From the NCBI GenBank assembly GCA_904063045.1, contig CAJFCJ010000024.1:620001-684000 (forward strand): DNA of 64,000 nt, in the 5' to 3' direction. The notes beneath the pieces are model-generated. The model ran no database searches. It was not told the DNA's origin and worked only from the letters and a program-made list of their open reading frames with translations. Source of the DNA: Dimorphilus gyrociliatus (Eukaryota; Animalia; Annelida). A program made the position numbers and the translations under genes. Shown piece by piece: positions 1-15,868 of the stretch; position 1 is the first letter of the stretch; every line of letters begins with the position of its first letter.

Positions 1-180
1 CATTGATTCGTTGCATTTATTTGACTACGAACCTTAAAAGTTTGGTTATCAATCTTTTCACCGAGACAATTATCGCTTGATTGCCAGGCGCTTTTTTCCC
101 ACAAAGTTTTCAAATAAAAATTCAATTATCATTTATATACTTATCTGTTTAGATCGAATTGAACTGAGCAGTATAGCAAA

Positions 181-2908
<2,728 letters not shown>

Positions 2909-4112
2909 AATTTAGATAACTAGACAGGCGGAGATCAACGCCGGCAACGACGATGGTAATGGCGATGCTGATAATGATGATAATTTAAATATTTTTGATA
3001 ATGGCAAGGAAACATATGTAAATTTATGAAAAGTATATAAACTTGAGTGGAATACAAAAATATAGTTTAGATTCTCTTCCTCTCTTTTCTCGGCATGTAT
3101 ACTTAAATTCGATAATCTAACTTTAGATGATTCAGCATAAATTTCTTGTGTATTTAAATAAAATTAATATATTCTGCGCTAAATATATACTTATATATAT
3201 ATATGGAATATATAATTATGCAAATATACACAGAGGAGCGAAAATGAAATTGATTGAAGCGCCACCTCAAACATGCTATTATATACACCCACGTTTTGTC
3301 ACATGAAAAGTTTCATAAGGGAAATAAAAGCCTGAAAAGGCTTGGTTTTTTATTATTTATTAGAGTTCACTAATTAAATATTCTAAAGTTAACAAAGCGG
3401 AATAATATATCTATAATCATATCAATGAAAAAAACAGCGTCTCTATATGAAAAAATTATTGATGAGTGTAATAGGTTGACGTCATAAAAATAATTAAATT
3501 CCGTTAGGAATTCTATAAAATAATAATTAAAGTATTATATACTATTAATTAAAATCTTTACAAATTGTGCATCTTTTATTTTATATACTTTGCGGTATCT
3601 TTTGCAGTTCTCTGCATATATACTGCATACTGTATATATAGTTTATAAACAAAAAAGGAAAATCAGTTGTTAAAATAAAAAAAATCAATTTTGCTTTTCC
3701 TTTCAGCTTTTCTTTTTATTTCCTTTTTGGTTATGACTGTTTTTTTCAATTCGCATATCGGACAATCATTTTTATGGATAAAAATGGAAAAAGAGCGAGA
3801 CAGAGAGAAGGGAAAGAAAAAAAGATCAATGGGAAAAATCGAAATATAAAGCTGTTTACAGCTTAAATTTTTTGTGGTAATAGGAATTAGAAAGAAATTC
3901 TTAATGGACCTGAAAAGGCTGTTCAAACTTATAGTTAAACGAGTTTTGTAATCGATAAATAACTAAATATTGTCTTTGACATCGCTAACGAGAACATTGA
4001 TTAGCGAACTCTAAGCGTCCAATAACCTTGTTTCTATAACAATATTGAATTTTTTTCTCTTCTTTCACCATTCATTCTTGCCGGTGACGTTCAAGAGAGT
4101 ACTTAAAGTTAA

Positions 4113-5170
4113 ATGATAAGGGCGTCTACGATTGAGGAAATTAGGGATATTACCCCAATGCCAAAGAATGCCTTCGGAACAATCATTAGAAGAATTGAAA
4201 AGCGCGTTGACAGACCGGATAGTAAATATTTCTTAAGTAGAAGGAAATTACCCCCTCCGGTTGCCTCCCAAACAGAAAAAGAAAGAAACGCTTGCCTAAG
4301 AAACAAAAAGGAGGATGCTAAACTCTTCAAAGAAATTGATCAAATTAACTCCGAGGCCAACCTTTCCATCGGCTATATGAATAGGTGAATATAGAAATAT
4401 AAACATAAATTTGCGGCTAACTTAACGTTTAAAGTGTTTTCTTGATGAATGATTTAATTAAGTATTAATTCGTTTACGCTCAATAAAAGCCTATTGATAT
4501 TCTCAGGTGGGAAAGAGTGATGAGAGTTAAGAGTGCCGGTATTCAAGAAAGAGCCAAGAAACTCAACTCTAACGAGTCAAATGAAGAAGTTAAAAGTAGA
4601 CCCAAAACAGCAATTTCCTCAACTCTATACAGGGATAGAGCTTCAACTTTTCAAGATATAGGACTAACGCCTGTTCAGGCCGTTCAAGAAGAACATAAAG
4701 TTAGAAACGCATGGACTATTTTTACTCCAAAGTATTATGATATCTTCTATAAACCTCCTGCTTACAACGATACTCCAGACATAGTTAGAAATGATCAATT
4801 TTCCTATGCCGAATCTGAAAATTGCCTTAGTGAATTTTCTTTCGATGATAATAGTTGTGAAGATGCAAAAAGTCTTCCAATATGGTCAAGGGATGAGACG
4901 CCTCATAAAAAGTATATTGAAGTACCAAAATATCTTCCCCGAAAGCCAAGTTGGGATAAAAGAAAAAGTTATTTCGACTCTTCGCATGCTGAAAAAGATC
5001 TTAAGAAACAAATTCAGCAGGAAAGGAAATTACGTAAGAAGCAATCTGATCTTACTGTAATTAAATCTCAAAGAATTCAATTAGCACTTGACCAACAAAG
5101 GTTAAGATGTAAACTATGCGACGAAAAAGTGAAGAAATTCTGCAAATCTTTTTCCAGTAAAATTAATTAA
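4113..5170 (+). CDS. Uncharacterised basic protein with C-terminal coiled-coil-like segment, 311 aa
   Basis: Exons 4113-4384 and 4507-5170 join in phase (AG|G TGG; 936 nt), linking the ORFs 4113..4388 and 4517..5170. No recognised domain. Confidence 0.7.
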
Positions 5171-5892
5171 AAAATTAAATGTCGCTTTCTCTATTTTTCC
5201 CATTTTTCTCTTTCTTCAAAAGATATCCCGGTGGAGTTTTATTCTTCATTTTTCGTCTAATAATACTGAAACAATATAAACCGATAGATGGCGTATTTGT
5301 ACGAGAAAAATGTTTTAAATTCTTTTTATAATTACTATACTATTACAATTAATAAATAACTTTATTATTCATGAATATTTAATTAATTACCGTATAAAAA
5401 AGGGATTTTTTTCATAAATTAATTAATAAAAACCCAAGATTATTAAAAACAATACTGACGGAGAGAATTTTATGTTCAATAACTAAACAATATCATTTAT
5501 TAAAAAAGAATGCTATAAATTATAAGAAGATATACTTAAATAATTTAGTAATAATATGAAAATGAGCATTATAGGTCTACTTACAAAAGAAAATAAAGGG
5601 AAGAGAAAGTCAGTATAAAGTACATACAGATATATATGTAAATAGGCATATTTTTAATGATATAAAAGGGAAACAAATGGCGTTGTATAAATCTGTATGT
5701 AAGGAGAGTTTTCAGGTAAATAAAGCAGTTTAAAAGTTTTAGCTTTATTTTATCTGGTCGATTAATCCAATCTTGTTTAAAGGTTTGCTTTTCTTTAAAT
5801 ACAGACATATTCAGTTTATATATACAGTATATATAATAGTTTTAGAATGACTTTTTCTCAATAGTCAATAGAGTCCCTTTCTTCTTGTTGAC

Positions 5893-6876
5893 TTAATCAG
5901 TTTTAGCAAGTCCATAGTATGTTTGCATGAAAGTTACTATTACGTCACCCAAATCTCTAGCAAATTTATTCCTGATAGAAGAATTAAATCGAATGCTTTT
6001 TGGTGCTTCAATTTGAATTGCATCTGTATTACCGCAGTTTGATGAACCGTAGGTTTTGGTTATGAATCCTCCACTATAATAATTACCTGACGCTGTTGGA
6101 TCGGGATTGTTAGGAGAAGGTACAACATTATAAGAATAGTCATTCAGTAATTTTCCAAAGCTGTTTGATCCTCGTAATAGACTCTCAAAGCTTATATTAT
6201 TGAATCTTGAATTTAGAGATTTAATTGATGAAGTTGACGGGTCTAGAATATTATTTACTAATTTATGTTTTGAGATCAAATAACCTAATTCAATCCACTG
6301 CTCTGGATGAGTTTGACCATGCATATCAATAAGAAGGCCATGCTCTGAAAAAGAATTTTTTGCCTGATCAATGAAGCCGTGAAAGTCATTGTAGACTTGA
6401 ATCGCTATTGGATCACCAAAAGTAGCTTCATTTATCTCACGATTTGGATCCATCTTTACCCTTCTTAATTCGCTAATGATCATATGAGGATATAGACCAG
6501 TCAACTCGTGAACCCTATTGTAACACTTCATAGCAATATTCTTGGTATATCCGTCACCAATAGTAATTGCTTTACACGACGATGACTGTGGACTGCAGTT
6601 GTTGGACCAAACACAGTTGTTGTTTTGATCAGTACATCCTTTTGTTCTATCTATGAAGTATTAAACTAGAAATTAACTTAAACTTAAGCAAACAATTATC
6701 GTTTAGTAACCTGAAATATTAACTGGAGCCTTTTGACCATTATGAGGAACAGTGATTATTAAATTCATGTTGCCAACGTAGTAGGTAGTAAGGCTATCTT
6801 GGCCGTGGAGAACTGGAACACCATTCGAGGAATGAAAAATGAAAAAAAGAATTGAACATAGAGAATCGTTAATCAT
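5893..6876 (-). CDS. Secreted N-formylglutamate amidohydrolase-like (zinc hydrolase) protein, copy 1, 307 aa
   Basis: Exons 6876-6711 and 6650-5893, phase-1 intron. Signal peptide MINDSLCSILFFIFHSSNG. Motifs VPHNG, GDGYT, KMDPNRE, IDMHGQTH, IELGY, YYSGGFITKTYGS, DAIQIE. Confidence 0.8.
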
Positions 6877-7984
6877 TGTCTAGTAGTTTCTATGACCTAT
6901 TCAGAGATATAAGGTTTTTTTTTTGTAAGCATTATTTTTATATATGGTGTGAAAAGATAGGCCGGTGTGTGTGGTACATCTACCTAAGTTGATACTAAAT
7001 ATAGGACTATAGCCGCAGAAAATTTTTTTTTAAAATCAATAAATATTTTGAAATAGCTCTAGAATGGAACAAATAAACAACAGTTATTTTAATATTACAA
7101 TGATAATATATAGATTTTTGCTTTAATTATTATTTATAACTTTAGTTCATTTTTCAATCATTTTCATCCTCAACTTGAAATATCTGGTTTTGGATAACTG
7201 ATAATAATAAAAAAGAAGAAACCTTATCAATTTCATCAAAAGCATAAGCTATTACGTGTAAAGATAAGCGATATAAAATTGTTAAAACAAGTAAGATTAT
7301 TGAAAACGATAAGATAAGAGTAGTTTCAAGTTCTCACCATAGCTTTTTTTTTCATTCATTTTGAATATTTTATATTTAAATAGAGTTTATGTATTGAAAA
7401 TTTCAATTTCAATCTTAGAACTTTGCTAGAATCAGTAGTTGTAGCTTTTTAAATATTTATATAAAAAAAATAGGGGAATGAAGTGATAAAGGGAATAGAG
7501 GAGTATACCAAATATACCAATAATGAACTTATAATGATTTTACAATAAATGATATTCTATTTCCACTTCTATCAAAATATGCACACATCAAACATAAAAG
7601 TCTATTTATATAGCAAAAGTAATGTAAAGAAGTAAATATTTATTAATTTAAACTATTTAAAATTTATGAAATGACCTTTATGTTTAATGTTTGCATATTT
7701 TGATAGAAGTAGAAATAGAATATCATTTATTTTTTGGAAAATGACTTTATTCAATAATAAGAATATAAGTGATATACGCTTTAAATATTCTCTTTAAAGT
7801 TTGAAAAGCATAATGGTTGTCACCTTTTCTTTTATCAGAGTTACTCCCCTAACAATCTTTCATTACTTAAAATTTCGTAGGGAGGATATTACCCTCTAAA
7901 GGAGTTCAGTTGTACTTAAATTCACCACATGCTGTCTATTGATTATTAAATCAACACCTTGATCTCGTTGTACTAAATTTCCTC

Positions 7985-7991
7985 TATAAAA
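7985..7991 (+). promoter_or_regulatory. TATA box of amidohydrolase-like copy 2
   Basis: CTATAAAAAGG about 50 nt upstream of the ATG at 8039. Confidence 0.5.
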
Positions 7992-8038
7992 AGGCGAAAA
8001 CTTTTTATTTCAACCAACAAGAACCAGACAAAATAAAA

Positions 8039-9018
8039 ATGATAAAGTTTGCTTGTTTAACTTTTATCTGCTTTCTACTCCATTCTTCTAATGGAGTTCA
8101 AATCCTTCATGGAGTTGGTGACTATACAAGTTATCATGTTGGCAATATGAACTTGGTTATATCTGTTCCTCATAATGGATTGAAGACAACTTCAGATATT
8201 CCGGGTAATAATAGAAAAAGAAATGTTACAGTTTCATTTTGTATCTTTATCCTTTCCATGTATTTTCAGATAGGCACAATGGATGCTTAGATCAAAATAA
8301 TAATTGCATTTATACACACAACTGCGGCCAACAAAGTAACTCCTGTTCAGTTAGAACTGCAGGTGATAGTTACACAAAATCTATTGCCACGAAATTTTAC
8401 GATAAGGTACATGAGTTGACTGGTCTCTACCCTCATATGATAGTTAGTGAACTGAGAAGGAAAAAGATGGATCCTAATCGTGAAGTAAATGAAGCTACTT
8501 TTGGCGACCCATTGGCAACTCAAGTCTACAATGATTTTCATAATTTTATCAATCAAGCAAAGAATGCCATTTCGGGAGATGGTCTTCTTATTGATATGCA
8601 TGGTCAAACGCATCCAGAGGAGTGGATTGAATTGGGTTATTTGATCTCAAGATATCAACTAGTTAACAATATTTGGATTCCATCAATCTCTTCCATAAGA
8701 GCTCTGGATTCAAGATTCAATAATGTTGGTCTTGAGAATCTAGTAAGAGGTCCAAACAGCCTTGGTAAACTACTGAATGACCATTCACAACTTGTCGTAC
8801 CTTCCCCAAACAATCCCGATCCAACAGCGTCTGGTAATTATTACAGTGGCGGCTTTATAGTAAAAACATATGGATCCAAAAATGGCGGAAATATAGACGC
8901 AATTCAAGTCGAGGCTCCAAAAAATATTCGATTCAGCTCTACAAAAAGAACCAAATTCGGTCAAGACCTTGGCAGTGCTGTCGTAAGCTTTATGCAGACT
9001 TATTACGGTCTACTTTAA
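8039..9018 (+). CDS. Secreted N-formylglutamate amidohydrolase-like protein, copy 2, 304 aa
   Basis: Exons 8039-8204 and 8270-9018, same phase-1 intron position as copy 1. Signal peptide MIKFACLTFICFLLHSSNG. Motifs VPHNG, GDSYT, KMDPNRE, IDMHGQTH, YYSGGF, DAIQVE. Confidence 0.8.
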
Positions 9019-9609
9019 GAATGTCATAAGTTGTGATTGAAAGCTTTTCTTCAGGTAATGTTTCAGATATAGTTAACTAATATAGAATACAATTCTATTA
9101 GAAGGCAAAGATAAAACACTGTCATTTTCTTCGTAATAGAATCTTATAGTTAATTGGAAATGTTTTACCATTTCATCATGAGTATTCTTATTCAAACTAC
9201 GGTAGAAACTAAAGAAGAAGAATTTCGATATTAATCTAGAGAACGTAATAAACATCTTTATTAAAGTCTTTATCATAAAATTTTGAATGCAAAGGAACTT
9301 AATTGTTAATTAAACATTTTGACTGAATTTCGTTCAGTTAATAATTGACAACCGGCAAAAGGTTAGTGAACTTGTCATTTGAGTAAGAAGCACTAGGCTC
9401 AGAATAAGGTTTATGTGAATGATATTATTGAAATGTTCCTCTCATAAATAATGTTTATTGAATAGTAAATATTTATTGAAAAACGATCGTAGGAGTGAAA
9501 ATCTTAAAAGGTATAAAGAATATATATAAAAGATTTTTTCATATACAGAGATATTATATTGAAGCGCTCTCCTTTTTTTCTAACAATGCTCATAAGGTCA
9601 GTAAACTTC

Positions 9610-10783
9610 TTAGAAATTTGCTAAACATACAGAAATTAAAAGGCATAAATAAAGTGATATAGTATTTCTTGCATTGTTGAGACCATTCATACCACTTGTA
9701 GGGTCTGTTGAATCTTGTCTTTTGTAATATTTGTCCATAAACTGTGCTGTAATTGTCCCCAAATCTTTACCATATTTATTTCTTAATGCCGGCGTAAATC
9801 TTAAATTTCTTGGACTTTCAATTTGAATAGCATCAATTTCACCTTCATTTCTCGAACCATAAGTTTGAGTTATATATCCTCCACGAAAATATCTTCCATT
9901 TCCAGGACTCCAGTAGGAAGGAGACGGAACAGTTTTGTAAGATAAATCATCCAAAAGCTTACCATAACTTTCCGATCCTCTGAGTAAATTCTCAAAAGTT
10001 ACATTCTTGAATCTTTTGCTCAAGGAAAATATTGAAGATGTTTCCGGATTTGTATCATTGGTATTTAACATTTCTCTGCTGAATAAGTAGCCCAATTCAA
10101 TCCATAATTCAGCATGGCTTTGGCCATGAATATCTAACAAGAGACCAAAACTGTTTATAGAATTCTTTGCTTGATTTATAAAGCCATGATAGTCATCATA
10201 TACTCTTAGTGCTTCCGTATTATCGTATGCACCCTCTTGTCTATTTCGATTGGGATCCATTTTTGCTCTTCTCAAGTTGCTAATGATCATATGAGGACTC
10301 CTTTTGGTTTCATTTTTATACGACTCATACAAAAGCATAGCTAGCTTTCTTGTATGAGAATCCGTAACCGTAGTAGGCTTACAACTCGTTGATGGAGTTG
10401 TACAATTGTGTTTCCATATACATTTTCCAGTATTATCCTTACACCCATTTTTCCTATCTGGAAAATAGAACAGATTCATTATTTAAATATGAATACATAC
10501 AGTATACAGTATAATTCGTATTATGTATGCTAGTATAATCAACTCAGACAGCGTATATAGAACGCAAGAAACATTTTGAAGATTATACAGTCTAGTCCCA
10601 CTGAATCAGCAAATATATACCTGGAATGTCATCTGGAGAACTAAGACCGTTGTGAGGTACTGATATAATCAAGTTTGTATCTCCTATATAATATTCTGTC
10701 AAGTTTCGATGTCCCTTAATAATTTCAACGCTATTTGCAAAACTGAAGCCAGCTATTAGCATGGTTACAATAGAAGTTAACAT
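9610..10783 (-). CDS. N-formylglutamate amidohydrolase-like protein, copy 3, with C-terminal GPI-signal-like tail, 336 aa
   Basis: Exons 10783-10621 and 10457-9610, same intron position. Signal peptide MLTSIVTMLIAGFSFA. Motifs VPHNG, TDSHT, KMDPNRN, LDIHGQSH, YFRGGY, DAIQIE. Extra tail DSTDPTSGMNGLNNARNTISLYLCLLISVCLANF. Confidence 0.8.
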
Positions 10784-13700
10784 AATCTTGTCGCTTGAAT
10801 CTGTAAAAATATTATTCGTTAACTTAGTGTGAACTGTAATATGAAAATGATTAAATTTTTAATAAATCGGTTTAGCGATAGTACTTTTTAAATAAAGATA
10901 CATATTTTATTGACTATAAATAGACAGCCATTTTTGTCTATCTTTCGCAAATAGAATATTCTGTATATTATTACTATTTATCGACTTTCTCTTGTTTAAT
11001 AACAATTTACATTTTTATGTTACAAATACTATAAGTTTTTATGCAGAGCTAAAAAAATTGTACATAAAGCCAAACTTCAAATTTTACATGCTGTACACAC
11101 GTTGAATTACATAAACAAAACAAAACAACAAAAAACAATGTAAAATGTTAAATACTTTTAATAATGTACTTGCGGGAAGTTGGTATAATTACGTATGAAT
11201 TCTCAGTCCATACTAAGCCTTCCCTCTAGTTAACGAACTAAATAAAGAGAATTTGCGTTTGAAATTTTCTAAGAAGGTATGACTTGTTACTTTCTTTAGA
11301 AATAAACCAGGCAAATTCTTCATAATCTTTTTCTTTGTATATCACTTGGAAATAGGGGTATAAATATTCATGTTATATTAGAATTTTTACCTATTTCTTT
11401 AATTTGACGATTATTGACCATTAGATTACGATTCTAGATAATTTCGGCAAGTAATCTGTTTTTCCTTTGATAACTATTTTTAATATATCGATGTCTTTGA
11501 GGTTTTTTTCTAGTTGAAAAATAGGCTGAAGAAATATTTTCTAATTATAAATTTCATTATGTTTTTTCTAGGCCTATGTTTATTATAATACTTGTAATCT
11601 ATATAATTGCTTCTCCCTCTTTTTAAGCTAAACTAATAATCTAAAATAGTAAGATAATGAAAGAAAGAGAAAGGCCTCATTTATTTTCTATTCCATTACA
11701 ATACTAAGATAGTTTTAGGCTATAGATGGCAGGTATGAACGTAATGGATTAACTTTATATTTTCTTTTTTGATCTTACAAAGGCTAGAGCTAACGATCAC
11801 TCGTACGACTTTTCTTTAAGGTAAACATTTAACAATTTATTTACTATTAGTTGCTTTCCTATAGTTATTTTATATGATTAAAAAGAAGAGATTTATTCTT
11901 AATTACAATAGATTCTGAATTGTTTTAGATAATGAATATTAGTTTATAATTTCAGTTTGATTTTTCTTTATTGTAGTAATATTCTTTTATTAAAAACAAA
12001 CAGAATTACATACTGCAACGTATCTCTATTAAAATTTATTTCTATCATTTATTTATCCCTTAAAGATATTTAGTCTATGTATTTCATATATGAACTTAAA
12101 CAGATTATACTGTATACTGTAACATTCGTAGATTGAGATAACTTACTTAAGAAACGTTAGGAGAGGATTATTCTATTAAGCTTGAATAACAAGTTCAAAA
12201 CCGTATAACTACAAGCAAAAAAATTATCTATTATATAATAAAATCATTATAAATTATGCATTATTGTAATATTTGAATAATTAAATGAAAGTTAAATATA
12301 TTTTAATTAAAGGTTTTTGAAATATCATTGGAAGAAACCTAACCAATAAGCTTTGTAAAATATTATTTTAGTTGAATGTTGAATTGTCTTTGTAAAAATT
12401 ACGATTAATGAAAATTTTCCAGCTTTTAAGTTTTAATGAATTATCAAAGAAAGCGCAGAACCCGTTACCTTTGCAATTGTTTCAGTGTCGTGTATTTCTT
12501 GGGAATTTTTACTAAATAAATGAACTCTATAACATTAACAATTGAAAATTCCCCTTTTCTTCAAAAGTCTTTTGCCATCTATTTATTAATATACCTATTT
12601 TTTTGTATAATAAACTAAGAAGGTGGGGTTATCTGGTTAAAAAAAGATGAATACCCTTAGGCTAGAGTCAGTACTTGTAATAATCTCATTGAGAGCTTTC
12701 TTCTTTTGAAATACACAGTACATCATGTACAAATTAGTTTCTACACTGTAAATACACAGTATATATATATAAATTTATATATACTATATATCGTATGTAT
12801 ACTATGAGTTGTAAATACTATAATTATAGATGTACAGTTGTGTGATGTTTAAAGCATACGTAAAATAACAAAAAAAAGAATTTTGCCCATTTGAATTTCA
12901 TACAATTCATTATTAAAGTATAATAGGCTTTCAATTAACTTTTTCATCTATTCGTTTCATTCATATTGAAAATATCAATAATTTTTAGCATCGACCATAT
13001 TGTTGTAAAATTGGCGTAAGCGAAATAAATATCCGGAATTGTATGTATATATTAATGGTAAAAAAATGAATATTCTGTCAGATATCCCTTTCAATATAAA
13101 TAATAATTGACATTAAAATCTTAACAATTTCTAGATGAGGTTTTCCACAAAACAAAAAAGACTAAGATATCAAAGAAAAGAGAAAGAATTTAATCTTTTC
13201 ATTATTGATTACTAGCATGTTTTATTCCTTATATTTCCTATATATTTTATTACAATACGTATTAAAACTTAGGAAATAGAATGTTTTTTTTTGTAATTTA
13301 TATCTCTAATTCTTTCTCTTTTACAACTTTCTACACCGAAATGTTGATTTATATTAGCAGTTTGTTACATTTTAATATTATTGGAAAGGCTTCTAAATAT
13401 ATTGTTTAATGAATAGCTTATAAATTATCTGTATAAATGGAGATTAATGCTAAAATTTTCATGTCATATTTGCTGAAAGGGCGCGGGTAAAAATATTACA
13501 ATTATGAACACCTTTCTCCCCTGACTAACATATAAAACACTACTAAAAATGACTATTGTTTTGTTTTCTAGGTAAATGTTATATATAGTTTTTGAACGAC
13601 CTTTTCATTAATATTCTCTACCGATGGTTAAGCATAATGAAAACTATAAAAATACAAATTTACATTAGTGTTCGCTGCATCCAGGAATTTTTTATTTGTT

Positions 13701-14861
13701 AAACTTTTATGCACCACCCTTTTCTCTTTGCTTACCGCATATTCATTGCATAAGGATTATACGATATATTTTTGTAAAAATACCCTATTTTCTCACTTTG
13801 TTGTACATCCTTTGTAAATTTTAGTAGAGACTTGGATATATTTTGTAAATATTATTTCAACTTGATGTTTTTTTTATAATTAAACTTAAAATATAGAAGA
13901 GGCTTTTTTACTATAAGAAATTTTAATACAATAATAATCTTTTGTTTTTTTTCATCTTTTTTTACTTTGCAAATTCAATCTCCAAAGACAAAAGAAAGTA
14001 AAAGGAAAGAGAAAAAACTTTTATTCAAAAGAGAATAGTTTATATCATTTTTCATAAGTAAAAAGGCCAATCATAAGAGAGATTTTTAAATAAAATATAA
14101 ATGATTATTACAACCATTTAACTATAGATATTTAGCTATAATAATATAGTATATTAGATTATTATTCGTAAAAAATCTCTCTTTATCAATAGGATTTCCT
14201 TTTGAAGTTTTAATTCAATTCACAGCAAACTTTTGACACAATTTTTTTAAGTTGTTCACTTTTTTTCCATTATTTCTTTCCGAACAAAAATTAAAAAGAA
14301 AGAAGATAAACATTATTATCGAAAGTTGAAAAAGATTTCAACCTTCATTCGTCTTTTTCTTTCTTTTCATGTTCAAAAGAAAAGAGTTAAAAAGTTAGAT
14401 TTTTTTTCAATTATTTATCCTAAATGCAAAACAATCTAATTCGCGATAAAAAAAAAAACAGACATAAAAGGTAAAATTAAAAAATAGAAAACAAAAGTTA
14501 AAAACAAAAATAGGTTATTGGTGGTAAAAATTTCTGTTAACATAAAAAAAACAAGGAAAAATATGTATAAAACTGTTTAGGAGTTCTTAATTAGATATTA
14601 ATTACATGTTTTATTGGCATTGGCCTAAAAAATATACGATTGGCTAATATTTTTTTCATTTGGTACGATTTTGTTAATTTAATTATTTTAGACTTTGATT
14701 TTGTTTGTTTCTTAATTTTAAAAAGATGAAGATTTTCACTTTTCTTTTTATGTCAAAAAAATTAAGAGAAAAATAATAAAAAAAACAAAAGGAAATAAAT
14801 TTCAGATAGAAATTAAAGCATTTCTAAGGAAATTCTACTAATTCTTGTTTTGATTTCTGAT

Positions 14862-15868
14862 TTAACGTCGAGCTCTATAAAATTGAATGCTGCTTAGGAC
14901 AGCAACAATTACGAAAAATCCAGCTCCAATAGCAATAAAAGCAAATGACCAAGATAGTGATGGGTTGTCCTCGTGTGATCCACCTCTTTTTAGTTCGTTC
15001 TTCTTAACGGCAAATATAATTAACCCAACAACGGAGAAGATAGCTAAATAGGGTAAGGGATAACCATGTAACTATATACAAGTATATAAATAGTGTATAT
15101 TACAAAAATAGAAAGAATAGAATAGCTATAGAAAAAAATGGAAAATAATTTCGCTAAGTGAACAATTTCTTTTTTAGTGTATAGGGAGAAATTCTCTAAA
15201 GCAATTCGCTCATTAACCACTCATTCGTTCGCATGATGTCATAATTTTTTGCACTACTTATGCTATTAGAAATGTACGGTTATAATTGTATAACTTTTTG
15301 TTATTTCTGTCTTTTTGTATGGAACAGGGAGAACAATTAAAAATGGATGAGTCTTCTTTTTTTTTCTTACGATCTCTCTAATTATTCTATATTGTATTTA
15401 TTATTTTTGAAAATGATGAACTCTAACTTACCAGAGCATATAGATCCAATAAGGACCGTGATAAGCATTCCACCCTTTGTACAGCAGCCATGAATACAAA
15501 CATAAAATCCTGCTCCCAAAAGTGCTATGGCCCCAAATCCTAAACCAATAGTAGTAAGGGCTTGAACAGCTTGAAACCAATCTTGCCTATCTTTAATTTT
15601 AATCGTGTCACAATTGCAAGTTTCCCAAAGTCCATGTTGGGTAGTTTCAGAATTTGAACGATCTTGAATTAACCAACCGGAAGTAGCAAATCCGAGAACT
15701 CCGGCTAAAATAGCAGCAACTGCTAGGGCCTGTTTATAATTGATAAAAAATTTTCGTTTTATTTCTTTTTAATTTAAAGATATTATTCGAAATAAATACC
15801 AATATTGCTCCTGCTATACCTCTGAGGTCGATGGTATGAACTTCGGCTGACTGTTGAACTTTAGTCAT
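14862..15868 (-). CDS. Claudin/PMP22/EMP-family tetraspan membrane protein, 182 aa
   Basis: Not in the ORF track. Exons 15868-15800, 15729-15432, 15043-14862 (549 nt). Four hydrophobic segments; first loop has W..(H)GLWE-T-C-N-C (claudin W-GLW-C-C signature); SWSF before TM4; short basic tail YRARR*. Confidence 0.85.

Noticed and set aside
7190-7325. Cluster of GATA sites between the divergent amidohydrolase genes
   Set aside because: WGATAR is frequent in DNA this AT-rich, so enrichment cannot be established by eye.
11783-13576. Isolated exon-like segment (11783-11820) and an AG|GT recursive-splice-like site (about 13570)
   Set aside because: No partner exons or host gene identified; such motifs arise by chance in T-rich DNA.
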